Source: Synechococcus sp. AG-679-D13 (GTDB taxonomy: Bacteria; Cyanobacteriota; Cyanobacteriia; PCC-6307; Cyanobiaceae). Taken from it: a stretch of DNA of 64,000 nucleotides. The translations under genes were made by a program, and so were the position numbers. The stretch spans positions 2,745-66,744 of the forward strand of contig QCUM01000007.1 of the NCBI GenBank assembly GCA_003210735.1, in the 5' to 3' direction. Positions 44,264-54,302 of the stretch are shown piece after piece; the stretch's first letter is position 1, and each line of letters opens with the position of its first letter. Below the pieces are notes generated by a model, which had not been told where the DNA came from, did no database searches, and saw only the letters and a list, made by a program, of their open reading frames with translations.

Positions 44264-44667
44264 TGGCACAGGGTCGTCGAGTAGAGCGGGTGGCGGCCCT
44301 GATCCGCAAGGAAACCAGTCAGCTGCTGATCAGCGGCATCCGAGACGAACGCGTTCACCAGGGCATGGTGAGCATCACTGATGTTGAGGTGTCAGGAGAC
44401 CTGCAGCACTGCAAGATTTTTGTAAGCATCTTCGGTGACGCCAACGACCAACCCAAGGTGATGGAAGGTCTGCAGGCAGCCAGCGGTTACCTGCGTGGAG
44501 AACTGGGGCGGCGACTGCAGATGCGCCGGGCCCCCGAGGTGGTGTTTCAGCTGGATCGCGGCATCGAAAAGGGCACCTCGGTGCTGGGGCTGCTGAATCG
44601 CCTGGAGGACGAACGGCGAGATCGCGGTGAGATTCCGCCTGGAAGCGATGAACTGCAACCCGACTGA
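44263..44667 (+). CDS. rbfA: Ribosome-binding factor A
   Basis: [32 protein letters not shown] and MRRAPEVVF motifs. Confidence 0.95.
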   Translation: MAQGRRVERVAALIRKETSQLLISGIRDERVHQGMVSITDVEVSGDLQHCKIFVSIFGDANDQPKVMEGLQAASGYLRGELGRRLQMRRAPEVVFQLDRGIEKGTSVLGLLNRLEDERRDRGEIPPGSDELQPD

Positions 44668-46252
44668 CGCTTTACAGCGTCAGGTCGCCAGCCTGCTGGT
44701 GGTGCGGGCAAGCGGAAGCATGCACGACCGCCAGCGGCGCTACCCCCAGTGGGAACTGAACAACGCGCAACTGCAGAACTTGCTGCAGCGCGGCGTCGGA
44801 GGCGTGATCCTCCTCGGGGGAAGCGCCGTGGAGTTGCAGCAGCGCACCCGTCAGCTTCGGAGCTGGAGTGATCAACCCCTGCTGCTCTGCGCCGATGTGG
44901 AGGAAGGCGTCGGCCAACGCTTCGAGGGGGGCAGCTGGCTGGTGCCGCCCCTGGCCCTGGCACGCCTGCATGCCCGGGAGCCGCAACGCGCCCTGGCCCT
45001 GGCGCAGCGCTATGGGCAGTGCACAGGCGAACAGGCGAAGCGCTGCGGGCTCAATTGGGTGCTGGGACCTGTCTGCGATGTCAACAACAATCCGGACAAT
45101 CCGGTGATCAATGTGCGCGCCTGGGGGGAAGAGCCCGCAACCGTCGCGGCCCTGGCGAGTGCATTCCAAAGGGGTCTCTCCAGCAGTGGAGTCCTGGGCT
45201 GCGCCAAGCACTTCCCCGGCCATGGCGACACCACCAGCGATTCCCATCTCGATCTGCCGGAGCTGCCCCACAACCGTGCGCGGCTGGATCAACTGGAGCT
45301 ACCACCGTTCAAAGCGCTGATCGAAGCAGGGGTCGACAGTGTGATGACCGCCCATCTGCTGCTTCCACAGCTGGATCCACAGCGGCCTGCCACCCTCTCA
45401 AGAAAGGTGCTGACCGACCTGCTGCGCCGTGATCTGGAATTCAACGGTCTGGTGGTGACCGATGCCCTGGTGATGGAGGCGATCACCCGCCACACCGGTG
45501 CCGCCGAAGCGGCCGTGCTGGCCTTCGAAGCAGGGGCAGACCTGATCCTGATGCCGGCTGATGCAACAGCAGCCATCAGCGGCATCAGCCAGGCCCTGAG
45601 CGAGGGAAGAATTCCCCTGCAGCGGTTGCAAACAGCCCTGCAGCGACGTCGGGAGGCCCTGGAGCGTTGTGCAACAGCCGACGACAGCAACCCGAACATT
45701 GTTGACCAGGCTCACCAGGCACTCGAACAGGAACTGGTTCAAGCCAGCCTGCAGCTGCATCCCAGCGCCGGCATCCCCGCTGCCAAGGGCATCAATCTGA
45801 TTCGCATTGACAGCGTCTGGCCCTGCCCGGCCCTGGGCGGTCAGGCCCCGGCCCTGAACCATCCACAAGTCCTGGGCTACCAACCCGTCTTGATTCACCC
45901 CCAGGGCCTGTCCCCCTGGCGACTCGACCCTGAAGCACCGCTGGCGCTCGAGCTTCTGGGAGACGGACCAATGCTGCTGCAGCTCTTCCTGCGAGGAAAC
46001 CCCTTCCGCGGAGAACAGGACCGGCAGGAACCCTGGAGAGCCGCGGTGCGGCAACTACAGGATCAGCAACGACTGGCGGGGCTGGTGATCTATGGCAGCC
46101 CCTACATCTGGGACCAACTGAAATCTGAGCTGGATCCAGCGATTCCAGCCGCCTACAGCCCAGGGCAGATGCCGGAAGCTCAGCAGCAGGTGCTTCAAGC
46201 TCTGCTTCAGGGAGAGATCACATCAATCGAGACGGCTGATTTCACCGACTGA
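44648..46252 (+). CDS. nagZ: GH3 beta-N-acetylglucosaminidase
   Basis: [20 protein letters not shown] and VVTDALVM motifs. Confidence 0.9.
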   Translation: MNCNPTDALQRQVASLLVVRASGSMHDRQRRYPQWELNNAQLQNLLQRGVGGVILLGGSAVELQQRTRQLRSWSDQPLLLCADVEEGVGQRFEGGSWLVPPLALARLHAREPQRALALAQRYGQCTGEQAKRCGLNWVLGPVCDVNNNPDNPVINVRAWGEEPATVAALASAFQRGLSSSGVLGCAKHFPGHGDTTSDSHLDLPELPHNRARLDQLELPPFKALIEAGVDSVMTAHLLLPQLDPQRPATLSRKVLTDLLRRDLEFNGLVVTDALVMEAITRHTGAAEAAVLAFEAGADLILMPADATAAISGISQALSEGRIPLQRLQTALQRRREALERCATADDSNPNIVDQAHQALEQELVQASLQLHPSAGIPAAKGINLIRIDSVWPCPALGGQAPALNHPQVLGYQPVLIHPQGLSPWRLDPEAPLALELLGDGPMLLQLFLRGNPFRGEQDRQEPWRAAVRQLQDQQRLAGLVIYGSPYIWDQLKSELDPAIPAAYSPGQMPEAQQQVLQALLQGEITSIETADFTD

Positions 46253-46287
46253 GCGGCTTAACCTCCCGCCCAGTTTCAGCCGCCACG

Positions 46288-47490
46288 ATGCTCAGCCTGT
46301 CGATGATCGTGCGCAACGAAGAGGCGCGCCTGGCCGCCTGCCTGGACTCGGTGAAGACCATCGCCGACGAAATGGTGGTGGTGGATACGGGCTCCACCGA
46401 CGCCACTGTCGCCGTGGCGACGGCCGCCGGTGCCCGCGTGGAACGGATGGAATGGCCCGGGGATTTCGCCCCCGCCCGCAACAGCGCCCTGACCTTTCTC
46501 AAGGGCGACTGGGTGTTGGTGCTGGATGCCGATGAACAGCTGCGGGCGGAGGTGATCCCCCAGCTGCAGCAGCTCATGGCGCAGCCAGACGTGCTGGTGA
46601 TCAATCTGTTGCGCCATGAATTGGGAGCCGCCATGGCGCCCTACTCCAGGGTCAGCCGCCTGTTCCGTCGCCATGCCGCCATCCGCTGGAGCCGTCCGTA
46701 TCACTCGATGATCGACGACAGTGTGAGGGAGCTGCTGACCAGCGAACCCCAGTGGCGCATTGTGGATTGCCAGGAACCAGCGATCCTTCACGATGGCTAC
46801 CGCCCTGAGCTGCTGGCAAGCACAGACAAGGCGGAAAGGCTGCGCCTTGCCATGGAGAGCGAGTTGGCAGCCCACCCTGGCGATCCGTACGCCAGCGCCA
46901 AACTCGGAGGATTGCTGATCAGTGAAGGCCAACACGCGCGGGCGATCCCCCTGTTGCGAAGAGGGCTCGAGCAGGCGACGGGGCCAGGCAGCGAACGCTA
47001 TGAACTGCTGCTTCATCTCGCACTGGCTCTGACTCCAACGGAACCCGCCAGCGCCGTGGACTGTTATCGGCAAGCCCTCGCCATCCCGTTGGATCCACGC
47101 GTCAGCCTGGGAGCTCGCATCAACCTGGCTGCACGGCTGATGGACCAAGGTCAGTTGGATGAAGCCCTTCAGCTCACCCAGGCCGCCACCCAGGCCGCTC
47201 CTGAAGTGGCGCTTGGCTGGGCCAACCTCGGGTTGATGCAGCGGCAGAAGGGCAACATCGCCGCAGCCCTTGAGGCCTACAGCCGAGCCATCAATCTCGA
47301 CCCCCGCAACGCCACCTGCCATCAAAACCATGCCGTTGCACTGCTTCTGGGCGGTGACATTGAAGGGGCCCGCAACAGCTTCCGCAGGGCCATCAAGCTG
47401 TTCAGGGAACAGGGCCGTGACAGGGAAGCCCAGGCCCTGCGCGACAAGGCACAAGGCCTGGTGAAGCTGGATGTGGAGCCGATCATTTGA
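46288..47490 (+). CDS. GT2 glycosyltransferase with TPR repeats
   Basis: LSMIVRNEE, VDTGSTD, DFAPARN and LDADE motifs; C-terminal TPRs. Confidence 0.9.
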   Translation: MLSLSMIVRNEEARLAACLDSVKTIADEMVVVDTGSTDATVAVATAAGARVERMEWPGDFAPARNSALTFLKGDWVLVLDADEQLRAEVIPQLQQLMAQPDVLVINLLRHELGAAMAPYSRVSRLFRRHAAIRWSRPYHSMIDDSVRELLTSEPQWRIVDCQEPAILHDGYRPELLASTDKAERLRLAMESELAAHPGDPYASAKLGGLLISEGQHARAIPLLRRGLEQATGPGSERYELLLHLALALTPTEPASAVDCYRQALAIPLDPRVSLGARINLAARLMDQGQLDEALQLTQAATQAAPEVALGWANLGLMQRQKGNIAAALEAYSRAINLDPRNATCHQNHAVALLLGGDIEGARNSFRRAIKLFREQGRDREAQALRDKAQGLVKLDVEPII

Positions 47491-48275
47491 GCTCCCCATT
47501 GATCAACCGCACGGTGGTCGTGACCCGCGCTGCCAACCAACAGGGAGAAGCAAGAAGCCTGCTGGAAGCCGAGGGTGCCCGCGTGCTGGATCTTCCAGCC
47601 CTGGTGATCGGTCCCCCCGATGACTGGGGACCCCTCGACGATGCCCTCGATGAACTGGAGGATTTCCACTGGCTGGTGTTCTCCAGCGCCAACGGAGTCC
47701 AGGCGGTGGAACAACGGCTGCAACGACGCGGCAGCTGCCTGGCGCGCCGGCCGGACAGCCTGAAAATCGCGGCGGTGGGACGCAAAACCGCAGCATTGCT
47801 CGATGGCCTCGGCGCCCCGGCCGATTTCGTGCCTCCCCGCTTTGTGGCCGACAGCCTGATCGAGAACTTTCCAGTATCCGGCTTCGGGCTGCGCATGCTG
47901 CTGCCGCGGGTACAGAGCGGTGGACGCACCCTGCTGGCGGATGTCTTTGCTGAGGCGGGGGTGCGGGTGGTGGAGGTGGCGGCCTACGAATCCCGCTGTC
48001 CGGAGACCATGCCCGAACCCACGGCTGAAGCGATTGCCGCTGAGCACGTTGATGTGATCTGTTTCAGCAGCGGTAAGACCGCCAGCCATTCCGCCCAGCT
48101 ATTGCTGCAACGCTTTGGTGAACGGTGGAGCGAATACATCTCCACCGTGAAATTGATCTCGATTGGGCCACAGACCAGTCAAAGCTGCTACGAGCACTTC
48201 GGTCGAGTCGATGCAGAAGCCGACCCCCATGACCTCGACGGGCTCGTTGCCGCCTGCAGGGACGCCTTCAGCTGA
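47487..48275 (+). CDS. hemD: Uroporphyrinogen-III synthase
   Basis: VVTRA, FSSANGV, AVGRKTA, FSSGKT and ISIGPQTS motifs. Confidence 0.92.
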   Translation: MSSPLINRTVVVTRAANQQGEARSLLEAEGARVLDLPALVIGPPDDWGPLDDALDELEDFHWLVFSSANGVQAVEQRLQRRGSCLARRPDSLKIAAVGRKTAALLDGLGAPADFVPPRFVADSLIENFPVSGFGLRMLLPRVQSGGRTLLADVFAEAGVRVVEVAAYESRCPETMPEPTAEAIAAEHVDVICFSSGKTASHSAQLLLQRFGERWSEYISTVKLISIGPQTSQSCYEHFGRVDAEADPHDLDGLVAACRDAFS

Positions 48276-48816
48276 GACAGATCAGATCCTGGGCTTCACC
48301 CTCACGAGCGAGAGCAAGACAACCCTTCTCAACATCGATCGACAGCACAGACCAACCAGAAGGCAAGAGCCGATCACCGTCTGCGACGCAGCGACCATCG
48401 GCCCCTTCACAGAGTTCACCACTGCGTCCCTGGGTTTGAACCAATGCTCGCCGTTGCTGACCCACCCGCAGAACCCCAGACAAAGTGAGACCAGATGCAG
48501 GATCAAACACTGCATCTGCGACATCGGAATCGACCTCAACCTGCTCTGAAGACAGTGGCTGAAAGGGATCGACCCTGCCACCAGGGGCCGACTGCTGAAC
48601 TTCCTCAACGGTCGGCAGAGGAATTAAGCCAAGGTCTGGCCGAGGTGGACTTGGCAGCTGTTGAGGTTCCGAGGGGAGAGGCTCCAGAGAGGGCATGCTC
48701 ACCGGAGGGGGTTCGGGAGAACCACAGGCAAAGAGGGCCAGAGGACCCAGCGTCAATGCCGCAAGTCCGACGGCTCGATCAGCCGCCGCTTTCAACCAGA
48801 TCGCGAAAACGGTCAA
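48268..48816 (-). CDS. Putative lipoprotein, PilP/GspC-HR-like
   Basis: Lipobox LFAC, Pro-rich linker, GRVDPF, then LTLSGVL..G.QRRALV; start uncertain. Confidence 0.55.
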   Translation of the reverse strand: MTVFAIWLKAAADRAVGLAALTLGPLALFACGSPEPPPVSMPSLEPLPSEPQQLPSPPRPDLGLIPLPTVEEVQQSAPGGRVDPFQPLSSEQVEVDSDVADAVFDPASGLTLSGVLRVGQQRRALVQTQGRSGELCEGADGRCVADGDRLLPSGWSVLSIDVEKGCLALAREGEAQDLICLS

Positions 48817-49216
48817 GGTTCGCCTGCAACTCCTTGGTGACGATGTTCCCCAGAATGCTGGGCTCCATCAATGGTGCCAAGACCCGAGGAAGCTCATAGG
48901 AGACGCTGAGCTTGACCACGGTGCGGTCTGGCGCCTCTGGATAAAAGCGCACAGCACCTTTGGTCGGCAATCCACCAACCGACTCCCAGTGGAGCTGTTG
49001 AGCCTCCACCCTCTGGGTGATCCGGGCCTTCCAATGGAAGCGAAACCCCTGCGCTGCCAGAGTCCAGTCGGTCAGATCCGGATCATCCAGAGTTTTCACG
49101 GACTCGATCCAGCGCATCCACTTGGGCATGGCCTCCAGATCACTCCAAACCTCCCAAACACGATCGGCTGACGCGCTGACCTCGCTGGTGACGGTGTGTT
49201 CGAGCAAACGTCCCAT
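48779..49216 (-). CDS. SRPBCC/polyketide cyclase-like protein
   Basis: VWEVWSDLEAMPKWM...LDRFR START-like pattern; follows crtQ. Confidence 0.85.
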   Translation of the reverse strand: MGRLLEHTVTSEVSASADRVWEVWSDLEAMPKWMRWIESVKTLDDPDLTDWTLAAQGFRFHWKARITQRVEAQQLHWESVGGLPTKGAVRFYPEAPDRTVVKLSVSYELPRVLAPLMEPSILGNIVTKELQANLDRFRDLVESGG

Positions 49217-50682
49217 CAGGCAACCGCCGCATTAGTGGCCAGTTTCACCTGACGCTGCAGGATCTCTGCAGCAGCAAGGTGGCCGCTCATCGTGGCTCCC
49301 TCCATCGAGTCGATGTAGTCCTGGCGGGTGTAACTACCGGCGAGAAAGAAATTGTTGATAGGAGTGCGCTGCTCCGGGCGATAGGGCTCCATCCCAGGAG
49401 CTTCCCTGTAAAGCGACTGCGCAAGCTTCACAACATTGCTCCAGGTGAGCTTGAGGTTGCGGGCGGAGGGGAACAGTTCCCTCACCTGCTTGTCGGTGTG
49501 GGCAACGATCACATCCGCTTTCTTCGGAATCCAGGGGTCGCCAGGTGTCAGGACACACTGCAACAGGGATCCCTCACCCTCCTTGCGGTAATCCTCCGGA
49601 CTGGCGAGGGCCAGATCCGCAAAGCAGCTGAAATCAGCGTCGGCGGTGTACAGCAGGTTGTTCAAGCCGGTGGGAGTGTTCACATCGCGTCGACTGGCTT
49701 CGTTCTCATCCCCCAGTTCAGTGACCCAGCCGTCATAACGAAGCTGGACGGTCGCTACAGGCACAGCCTGCAGGTTGTGGATCGCATCGAACTGCGGGAA
49801 GCGACGCCAGGCGTTTGGTATCAGCTTTTTAACGCCTGGTACATCGCAGGCTGCCAGGTAAGCATCTGCTTCAACGCGGATTGCACCATCGGGAGTTTGC
49901 AACTGAAGACCCGTGACTTCTGGATTCTCCCCTTCACTGAACTCCACCTGCTTCACCCTGTGGCGGAGGTGAAGCTTTCCGCCACGCTGCTGGATGTAAT
50001 CAAGGATCGGCCCAGTCAGCCAGCGATGGGGAGAACCCTTGAGCAGATTGAGTTTGGATGCTTCGGTCTTGGACGCGAACATCATGAAGATCGTGAGCAT
50101 GCAGCGGGCGGAGATTGCCTCGCAATCGATGAAACCGAGTGCGTAGGCAATGGGATTCCACATGCGGCGAATGCTTTCCATGCTCCCGCCATGGCCCACA
50201 AACCAATCCTGGAAACTGACTGAATCGAGGGCTCGGATGGTTCGCATCGCCCCCTCGTAATCCACAAGCCCTCGCACAATCGGACTGGTGCCAAGCGCCA
50301 GGGCATTGCGAAGTTTGTCGATCCACGAAAGCTGCGGGGTCGTGAAAAAAGCCTTCAGTCCATTGAATGGAGCACCGACAGGGAAGCGGAAATCGAGTTC
50401 ACGAAGGTCCCCGCCCTTGTTGCAGAACAAGTGGGTGTGGTTCTTGGGGAGCAGATTTTCAAAAGCCCCCACCTTCTTCATCAGCGCAAAAAGATTGGCG
50501 TAATTGAAGAAGAAAACGTGCAACCCCATTTCGATGTGGTTGCCATCCGGGTCCTCCCAACTTCCGACCTTGCCGCCCATGAAGGTGCGTGCTTCATACA
50601 GGTTGACCTCGTGGCCGGCATCCACCAGATCCACTGCAGCGGAGAGGCCGGACAGACCGGAACCGACAATCGCGACCCGCAC
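49216..50682 (-). CDS. crtQ: 9,9'-di-cis-zeta-carotene desaturase
   Basis: [25 protein letters not shown] and [12 protein letters not shown] motifs. Confidence 0.95.
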   Translation of the reverse strand: MRVAIVGSGLSGLSAAVDLVDAGHEVNLYEARTFMGGKVGSWEDPDGNHIEMGLHVFFFNYANLFALMKKVGAFENLLPKNHTHLFCNKGGDLRELDFRFPVGAPFNGLKAFFTTPQLSWIDKLRNALALGTSPIVRGLVDYEGAMRTIRALDSVSFQDWFVGHGGSMESIRRMWNPIAYALGFIDCEAISARCMLTIFMMFASKTEASKLNLLKGSPHRWLTGPILDYIQQRGGKLHLRHRVKQVEFSEGENPEVTGLQLQTPDGAIRVEADAYLAACDVPGVKKLIPNAWRRFPQFDAIHNLQAVPVATVQLRYDGWVTELGDENEASRRDVNTPTGLNNLLYTADADFSCFADLALASPEDYRKEGEGSLLQCVLTPGDPWIPKKADVIVAHTDKQVRELFPSARNLKLTWSNVVKLAQSLYREAPGMEPYRPEQRTPINNFFLAGSYTRQDYIDSMEGATMSGHLAAAEILQRQVKLATNAAVA

Positions 50683-50751
50683 AATCAATGTGCAACTTGG
50701 GCGACTCTATGTATAGGGCTCCATAGACTGAGAGCAGCGCCGGCATCCACG

Positions 50752-51144
50752 ATGACCACCACCCCAGATCAAGCGCCCGCCCATACCGCCAAAGATGGCA
50801 AGGGCATCCTGATCACTGAACCAGCGATGCAACAGCTGGCCAAACTCTGCGGCGAGCAGGGTGATCATCAGGTGCTGAGGGTTGGGGTGCGTTCCGGCGG
50901 CTGCAGCGGAATGAGCTACACGATGGATTTCGTACCCGCCTCCGACACCCTCGAAGACGACGAGACTTACGATTACGAATCAGCTGAAGGCAAAGGATTC
51001 CGGGTGATCTGTGATCCCAAGAGCCTTCTGTACATCTACGGGATGCAGTTGGACTTCAGCACCGCCCTGATCGGCGGTGGATTCAATTTCACCAATCCCA
51101 ATGCCACCCAGACCTGCGGCTGCGGCAGCTCCTTCGCCGTCTGA
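50752..51144 (+). CDS. iscA: A-type Fe-S carrier (IscA/SufA, HesB family)
   Basis: SGGCSGMSY and TCGCGSSF motifs. Confidence 0.92.
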   Translation: MTTTPDQAPAHTAKDGKGILITEPAMQQLAKLCGEQGDHQVLRVGVRSGGCSGMSYTMDFVPASDTLEDDETYDYESAEGKGFRVICDPKSLLYIYGMQLDFSTALIGGGFNFTNPNATQTCGCGSSFAV

Positions 51145-51192
51145 TCCCTGAGATACCGCATGGGAACCTGAAGGACCGTTTCACGCTCCCCC

Positions 51193-51612
51193 ATGGATTC
51201 CAGCCAGGAGAGCCTGTTCGAGCAGGCAATGGATCGCTATCAGGCCGGTGCCAGCGCTTCCGAGATCCTCCCCGACTTCCTGCGGATCACCGAATCAGCC
51301 CCGCGGCAATCCGCCGGCTGGACATGCCTGGCTTGGCTTCAACTGCTTTGCGAGCAGCCGGAGGAGGCGCTGCGATCAGCCCGCTTCGCCGTGAAACTCA
51401 ACCCGCAGGATCCCCAGGCCCGTATCAATCTCAGCCTGGCGCTGCTGGAAACCCAGTCGAAAGGAGTCCGCGACCACATCCAGGTGGTGCAGCAGGTGCT
51501 GGCCATGGCCCCCCAGGTTGCTGAGGATCTCAAGGGATCCCTCGATGACGGACAGCAGCGACGACCAGACTGGGCAGCGCTGGAAAAAGTCAGGGCCTGG
51601 CTGACGCTATGA
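51193..51612 (+). CDS. TPR-repeat protein
   Basis: WTCLAWLQLL...AVKLNPQDPQARINL. Confidence 0.8.
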   Translation: MDSSQESLFEQAMDRYQAGASASEILPDFLRITESAPRQSAGWTCLAWLQLLCEQPEEALRSARFAVKLNPQDPQARINLSLALLETQSKGVRDHIQVVQQVLAMAPQVAEDLKGSLDDGQQRRPDWAALEKVRAWLTL

Positions 51613-51649
51613 GTCATCCCCGCCGATGAGCCCCAGCTGGATGTGGTGA

Positions 51650-52819
51650 ATGGGAACGATCCTGCTGCTCAGCAACGGCCATGGGGAGGATCTCTCCGGT
51701 GCCCTCCTGGGCAAGGCCCTGATCGATTGCGGCCATACGGTGACGGCCCTGCCCCTAGCCGGCCTGGGCGGGCCTTATCAGCAAGCCGGAATCACCCTTC
51801 TGGGGAGCAGCCATGAATTCAGCACCGGCGGCTTGGGCTACACCAGCCTGCGAGGTCGTCTGACCGAGCTCGTTCAGGGACAGATCCTCTACCTCCTACG
51901 CCGACTTCTGCGGCTGCTGCTGTCACGAAAACGCTTTGACCTGATCCTGGTGGTGGGGGATGTGATCCCAGTGATCGCAGCCTGGTTAAGTCGTCGGCCC
52001 GTTGCCACCTATCTGGTTGCTTACTCCAGTCATTACGAAGGAACGCTGCGCCTGCCTTGGCCCTGCGCTGCTCTGCTCCGCAGCCATCGCTTTCTCAAGA
52101 TCTTCAGCCGGGACCAGCTCACAGCGGATGACCTCAGCCAGCAACTCAAACGACCGGTGAACTTTCTGGGGAATCCATTCATGGATCCGGTGCTGACGGC
52201 GACACCAGCTCTACCGGCGGTAGCCCAGCGCATTGGTCTGCTGCCCGGCAGTCGCCGCCCCGAGCTAGACGCCAACCTGGGCCTGATGCTGCAGCTGGTG
52301 ACTCGGCTGCCGCAGCGAAAGGACCTGAGCCTTGATCTGGCTCTGGTCGCCAGCCTCCGGAGTGAGGAACTCACTGTGCTGGCGAAGCGGGCGGGTTGGA
52401 CATTGCACGCCGGAGTGTTGTTGCGCGAAGGAGCACCAGCAATCCATGTTCATCGCGATGGTTTCCAGGCCGTTCTTCAGAGCAGCGATCTGGTGATTGG
52501 AATGGCAGGTACGGCCGTGGAACAGGCCGTGGGCTTGTGCCGACCTGCCCTTCAGCTTCCTGGCGGTGGGCCCCAGTTCACAGCAGCGTTTGCCGAGGCT
52601 CAGCGCCGGCTGCTGGGACCGACGGTGTTCTGCGCCCCTGGGAAGACGGGCAGCATGGAGAATCTCAAGGCATCGGCAGCTCTTTGCCTGGATCTGCTGC
52701 ATCGCAGCCGCTGGGATGAAGAGCTCAAGCGATGTTGCCAAAAGGAGGCACAACGGCGACTCGGTAATCGAGGCGGTGGCTTGAGAATGGCAAAAGCCAT
52801 CAGCAGCCTGCTGCCATGA
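51650..52819 (+). CDS. Lipid-A-disaccharide synthase-related GT-B protein
   Basis: SNGHGED, GNPFMD, LLPGSR and MAGTAVEQ motifs. Confidence 0.85.
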   Translation: MGTILLLSNGHGEDLSGALLGKALIDCGHTVTALPLAGLGGPYQQAGITLLGSSHEFSTGGLGYTSLRGRLTELVQGQILYLLRRLLRLLLSRKRFDLILVVGDVIPVIAAWLSRRPVATYLVAYSSHYEGTLRLPWPCAALLRSHRFLKIFSRDQLTADDLSQQLKRPVNFLGNPFMDPVLTATPALPAVAQRIGLLPGSRRPELDANLGLMLQLVTRLPQRKDLSLDLALVASLRSEELTVLAKRAGWTLHAGVLLREGAPAIHVHRDGFQAVLQSSDLVIGMAGTAVEQAVGLCRPALQLPGGGPQFTAAFAEAQRRLLGPTVFCAPGKTGSMENLKASAALCLDLLHRSRWDEELKRCCQKEAQRRLGNRGGGLRMAKAISSLLP

Positions 52820-53088
52820 CCTCCCCCCAGGAACCGATATGGAAGCGTTGGCTGGACCGGCTCCTGATGCTGAACCTACTGGCGGTTTTGCTGGGTGCCG
52901 GCTTTTTCGGATGGGCCGTTCTGGCCCAGTTGCAGGGCCAGCAGGGGCCGATGGATTTGGTTCAGAAGCTTTGGCAACCACTCTTTGCCCCGGCCATCAG
53001 CCTTTTGATCATGGCGGCACTGGTGAATGGCGTTTTTAGTTGGTGGAAGCGGCGATTGCAGAAGCCAAATCTGGAAAACGGAAACTGA
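52816..53088 (+). CDS. Hypothetical membrane protein
   Basis: Two TM helices; ATGA overlap with the upstream gene. Confidence 0.7.
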   Translation: MTSPQEPIWKRWLDRLLMLNLLAVLLGAGFFGWAVLAQLQGQQGPMDLVQKLWQPLFAPAISLLIMAALVNGVFSWWKRRLQKPNLENGN

Positions 53089-53965
53089 AACCGAGCTCTT
53101 CCAAGCGGGCTGAGGCCACCTGCTGACCTTCCAAAACAACTTTGGCGCCGTCACCGAGCAAGACCTGCAGCACTGGTCCAGGCACAGGCAGCAGGCTCGG
53201 TCGACCAAGGCAACGGCCCAATTCCTGAGCAAAGCGCGCCATGGAGACCGGCTCGGGCGCAACGGCATTGACCACTCCTGACCATGCCTCATCCTCAAGA
53301 CCGCGCTGAATCAATCTGCAGAGATCACTGCGGTGAATCCAGCTCATCCACTGCTGTCCCGAGCCAATCGGGCCACCAAAACCGGTGCGGAACACCGGAA
53401 GCATTTTTCCCAATGCACCCCCATCAGCGGCGACAACGATGCCGATGCGAAGGGTGAGCTGACGCGTGGCCGAGGGAACCGCAGTGGCCGCGGCCTCCCA
53501 GCGGCTGCAGAGAGACGCAAGAAAATCCGAACCAGCCGGACTGGTCTCCACGAAGCGTCGGTCAGGGCTGGTTCCGTAGTACCCGATTGCCGAAGCATTC
53601 ACCAGCACCGCAGGAGGCGTTGAGCAGGTCTTGAGCGCTTCCACCAAAAGGCGGGTGGTTTCCAAACGACTGTCTTCAAGAACCTTCAGATGGCTGTCGG
53701 TCCAACGCTTTTCAGCAATCGGTTCGCCAGCCAGATTGACCACTCCTTCAGCCCGCTCGAGGGCCCCCAGAAGAGTGGAGTCCTGCCAGCTGCTGACAGC
53801 GGCTGGATCGAGCTGCAGCCAGGACAGCCGACCATCCGACCGTTCTGTGTCGTAACCACGGGCCAGGCGCCTGCTCACGAGGGTGAGCTGATGGCCGGCC
53901 TGCAATAGCTGTGGCACCAGCTCCCGACCCACAAAGCCCGTGCAACCCAGCAGCAGCAGATGCAT
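53036..53965 (-). CDS. TIGR01777 NAD-dependent epimerase family (YfcH/ThyD-like)
   Basis: GCTGFVG, VNLAGEPI, SAIGYYG and GSGQQWMSWIH motifs. Confidence 0.9.
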   Translation of the reverse strand: MHLLLLGCTGFVGRELVPQLLQAGHQLTLVSRRLARGYDTERSDGRLSWLQLDPAAVSSWQDSTLLGALERAEGVVNLAGEPIAEKRWTDSHLKVLEDSRLETTRLLVEALKTCSTPPAVLVNASAIGYYGTSPDRRFVETSPAGSDFLASLCSRWEAAATAVPSATRQLTLRIGIVVAADGGALGKMLPVFRTGFGGPIGSGQQWMSWIHRSDLCRLIQRGLEDEAWSGVVNAVAPEPVSMARFAQELGRCLGRPSLLPVPGPVLQVLLGDGAKVVLEGQQVASARLEELGFSFRFPDLASAIAASTN

Positions 53966-54047
53966 CAGTTCGGTTCCATGCGTCGCGAGGCTAAGGGGGG
54001 TCAGTCCGAGTTCGGGCCTAATTTGTTCGCCTGTTCTCCCCGCTCCG

Positions 54048-54302
54048 ATGCCAGATACCGACGCAGCGGCTCCCGCCAAGGCCAAACCGGCGGCTCTTCG
54101 CAAGGGAGCACTGGTGAAGGTGAACCGTGCGGCCTACGACGCCAGCATCGAAGCCGCCGCCAGTGATCCCACACCGCCGGCATACATCTTTGAAGGCCCC
54201 GGCGAACTTCTCGTGGTGAAAGGAGATTATGGCCAGGTGCGCTGGAACCGGCCGGTGCCGGATGTGTGGCTGCGGATGGATCAGCTGGAAGCCTGCGCCT
54301 GA
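54048..54302 (+). CDS. ndhO: NDH-1 subunit O
   Basis: KGALVKV...[19 protein letters not shown]...PVPDVWLR. Confidence 0.9.
   Translation: MPDTDAAAPAKAKPAALRKGALVKVNRAAYDASIEAAASDPTPPAYIFEGPGELLVVKGDYGQVRWNRPVPDVWLRMDQLEACA

Noticed and set aside
46276..47499. 407-aa antisense ORF spanning the GT2-TPR gene (similar cases: 2575-3828, 8428-9333, 49279-50223, 31671-32492)
   Set aside because: Shadow ORFs expected from high-GC codon bias opposite well-supported genes; no recognisable motifs.
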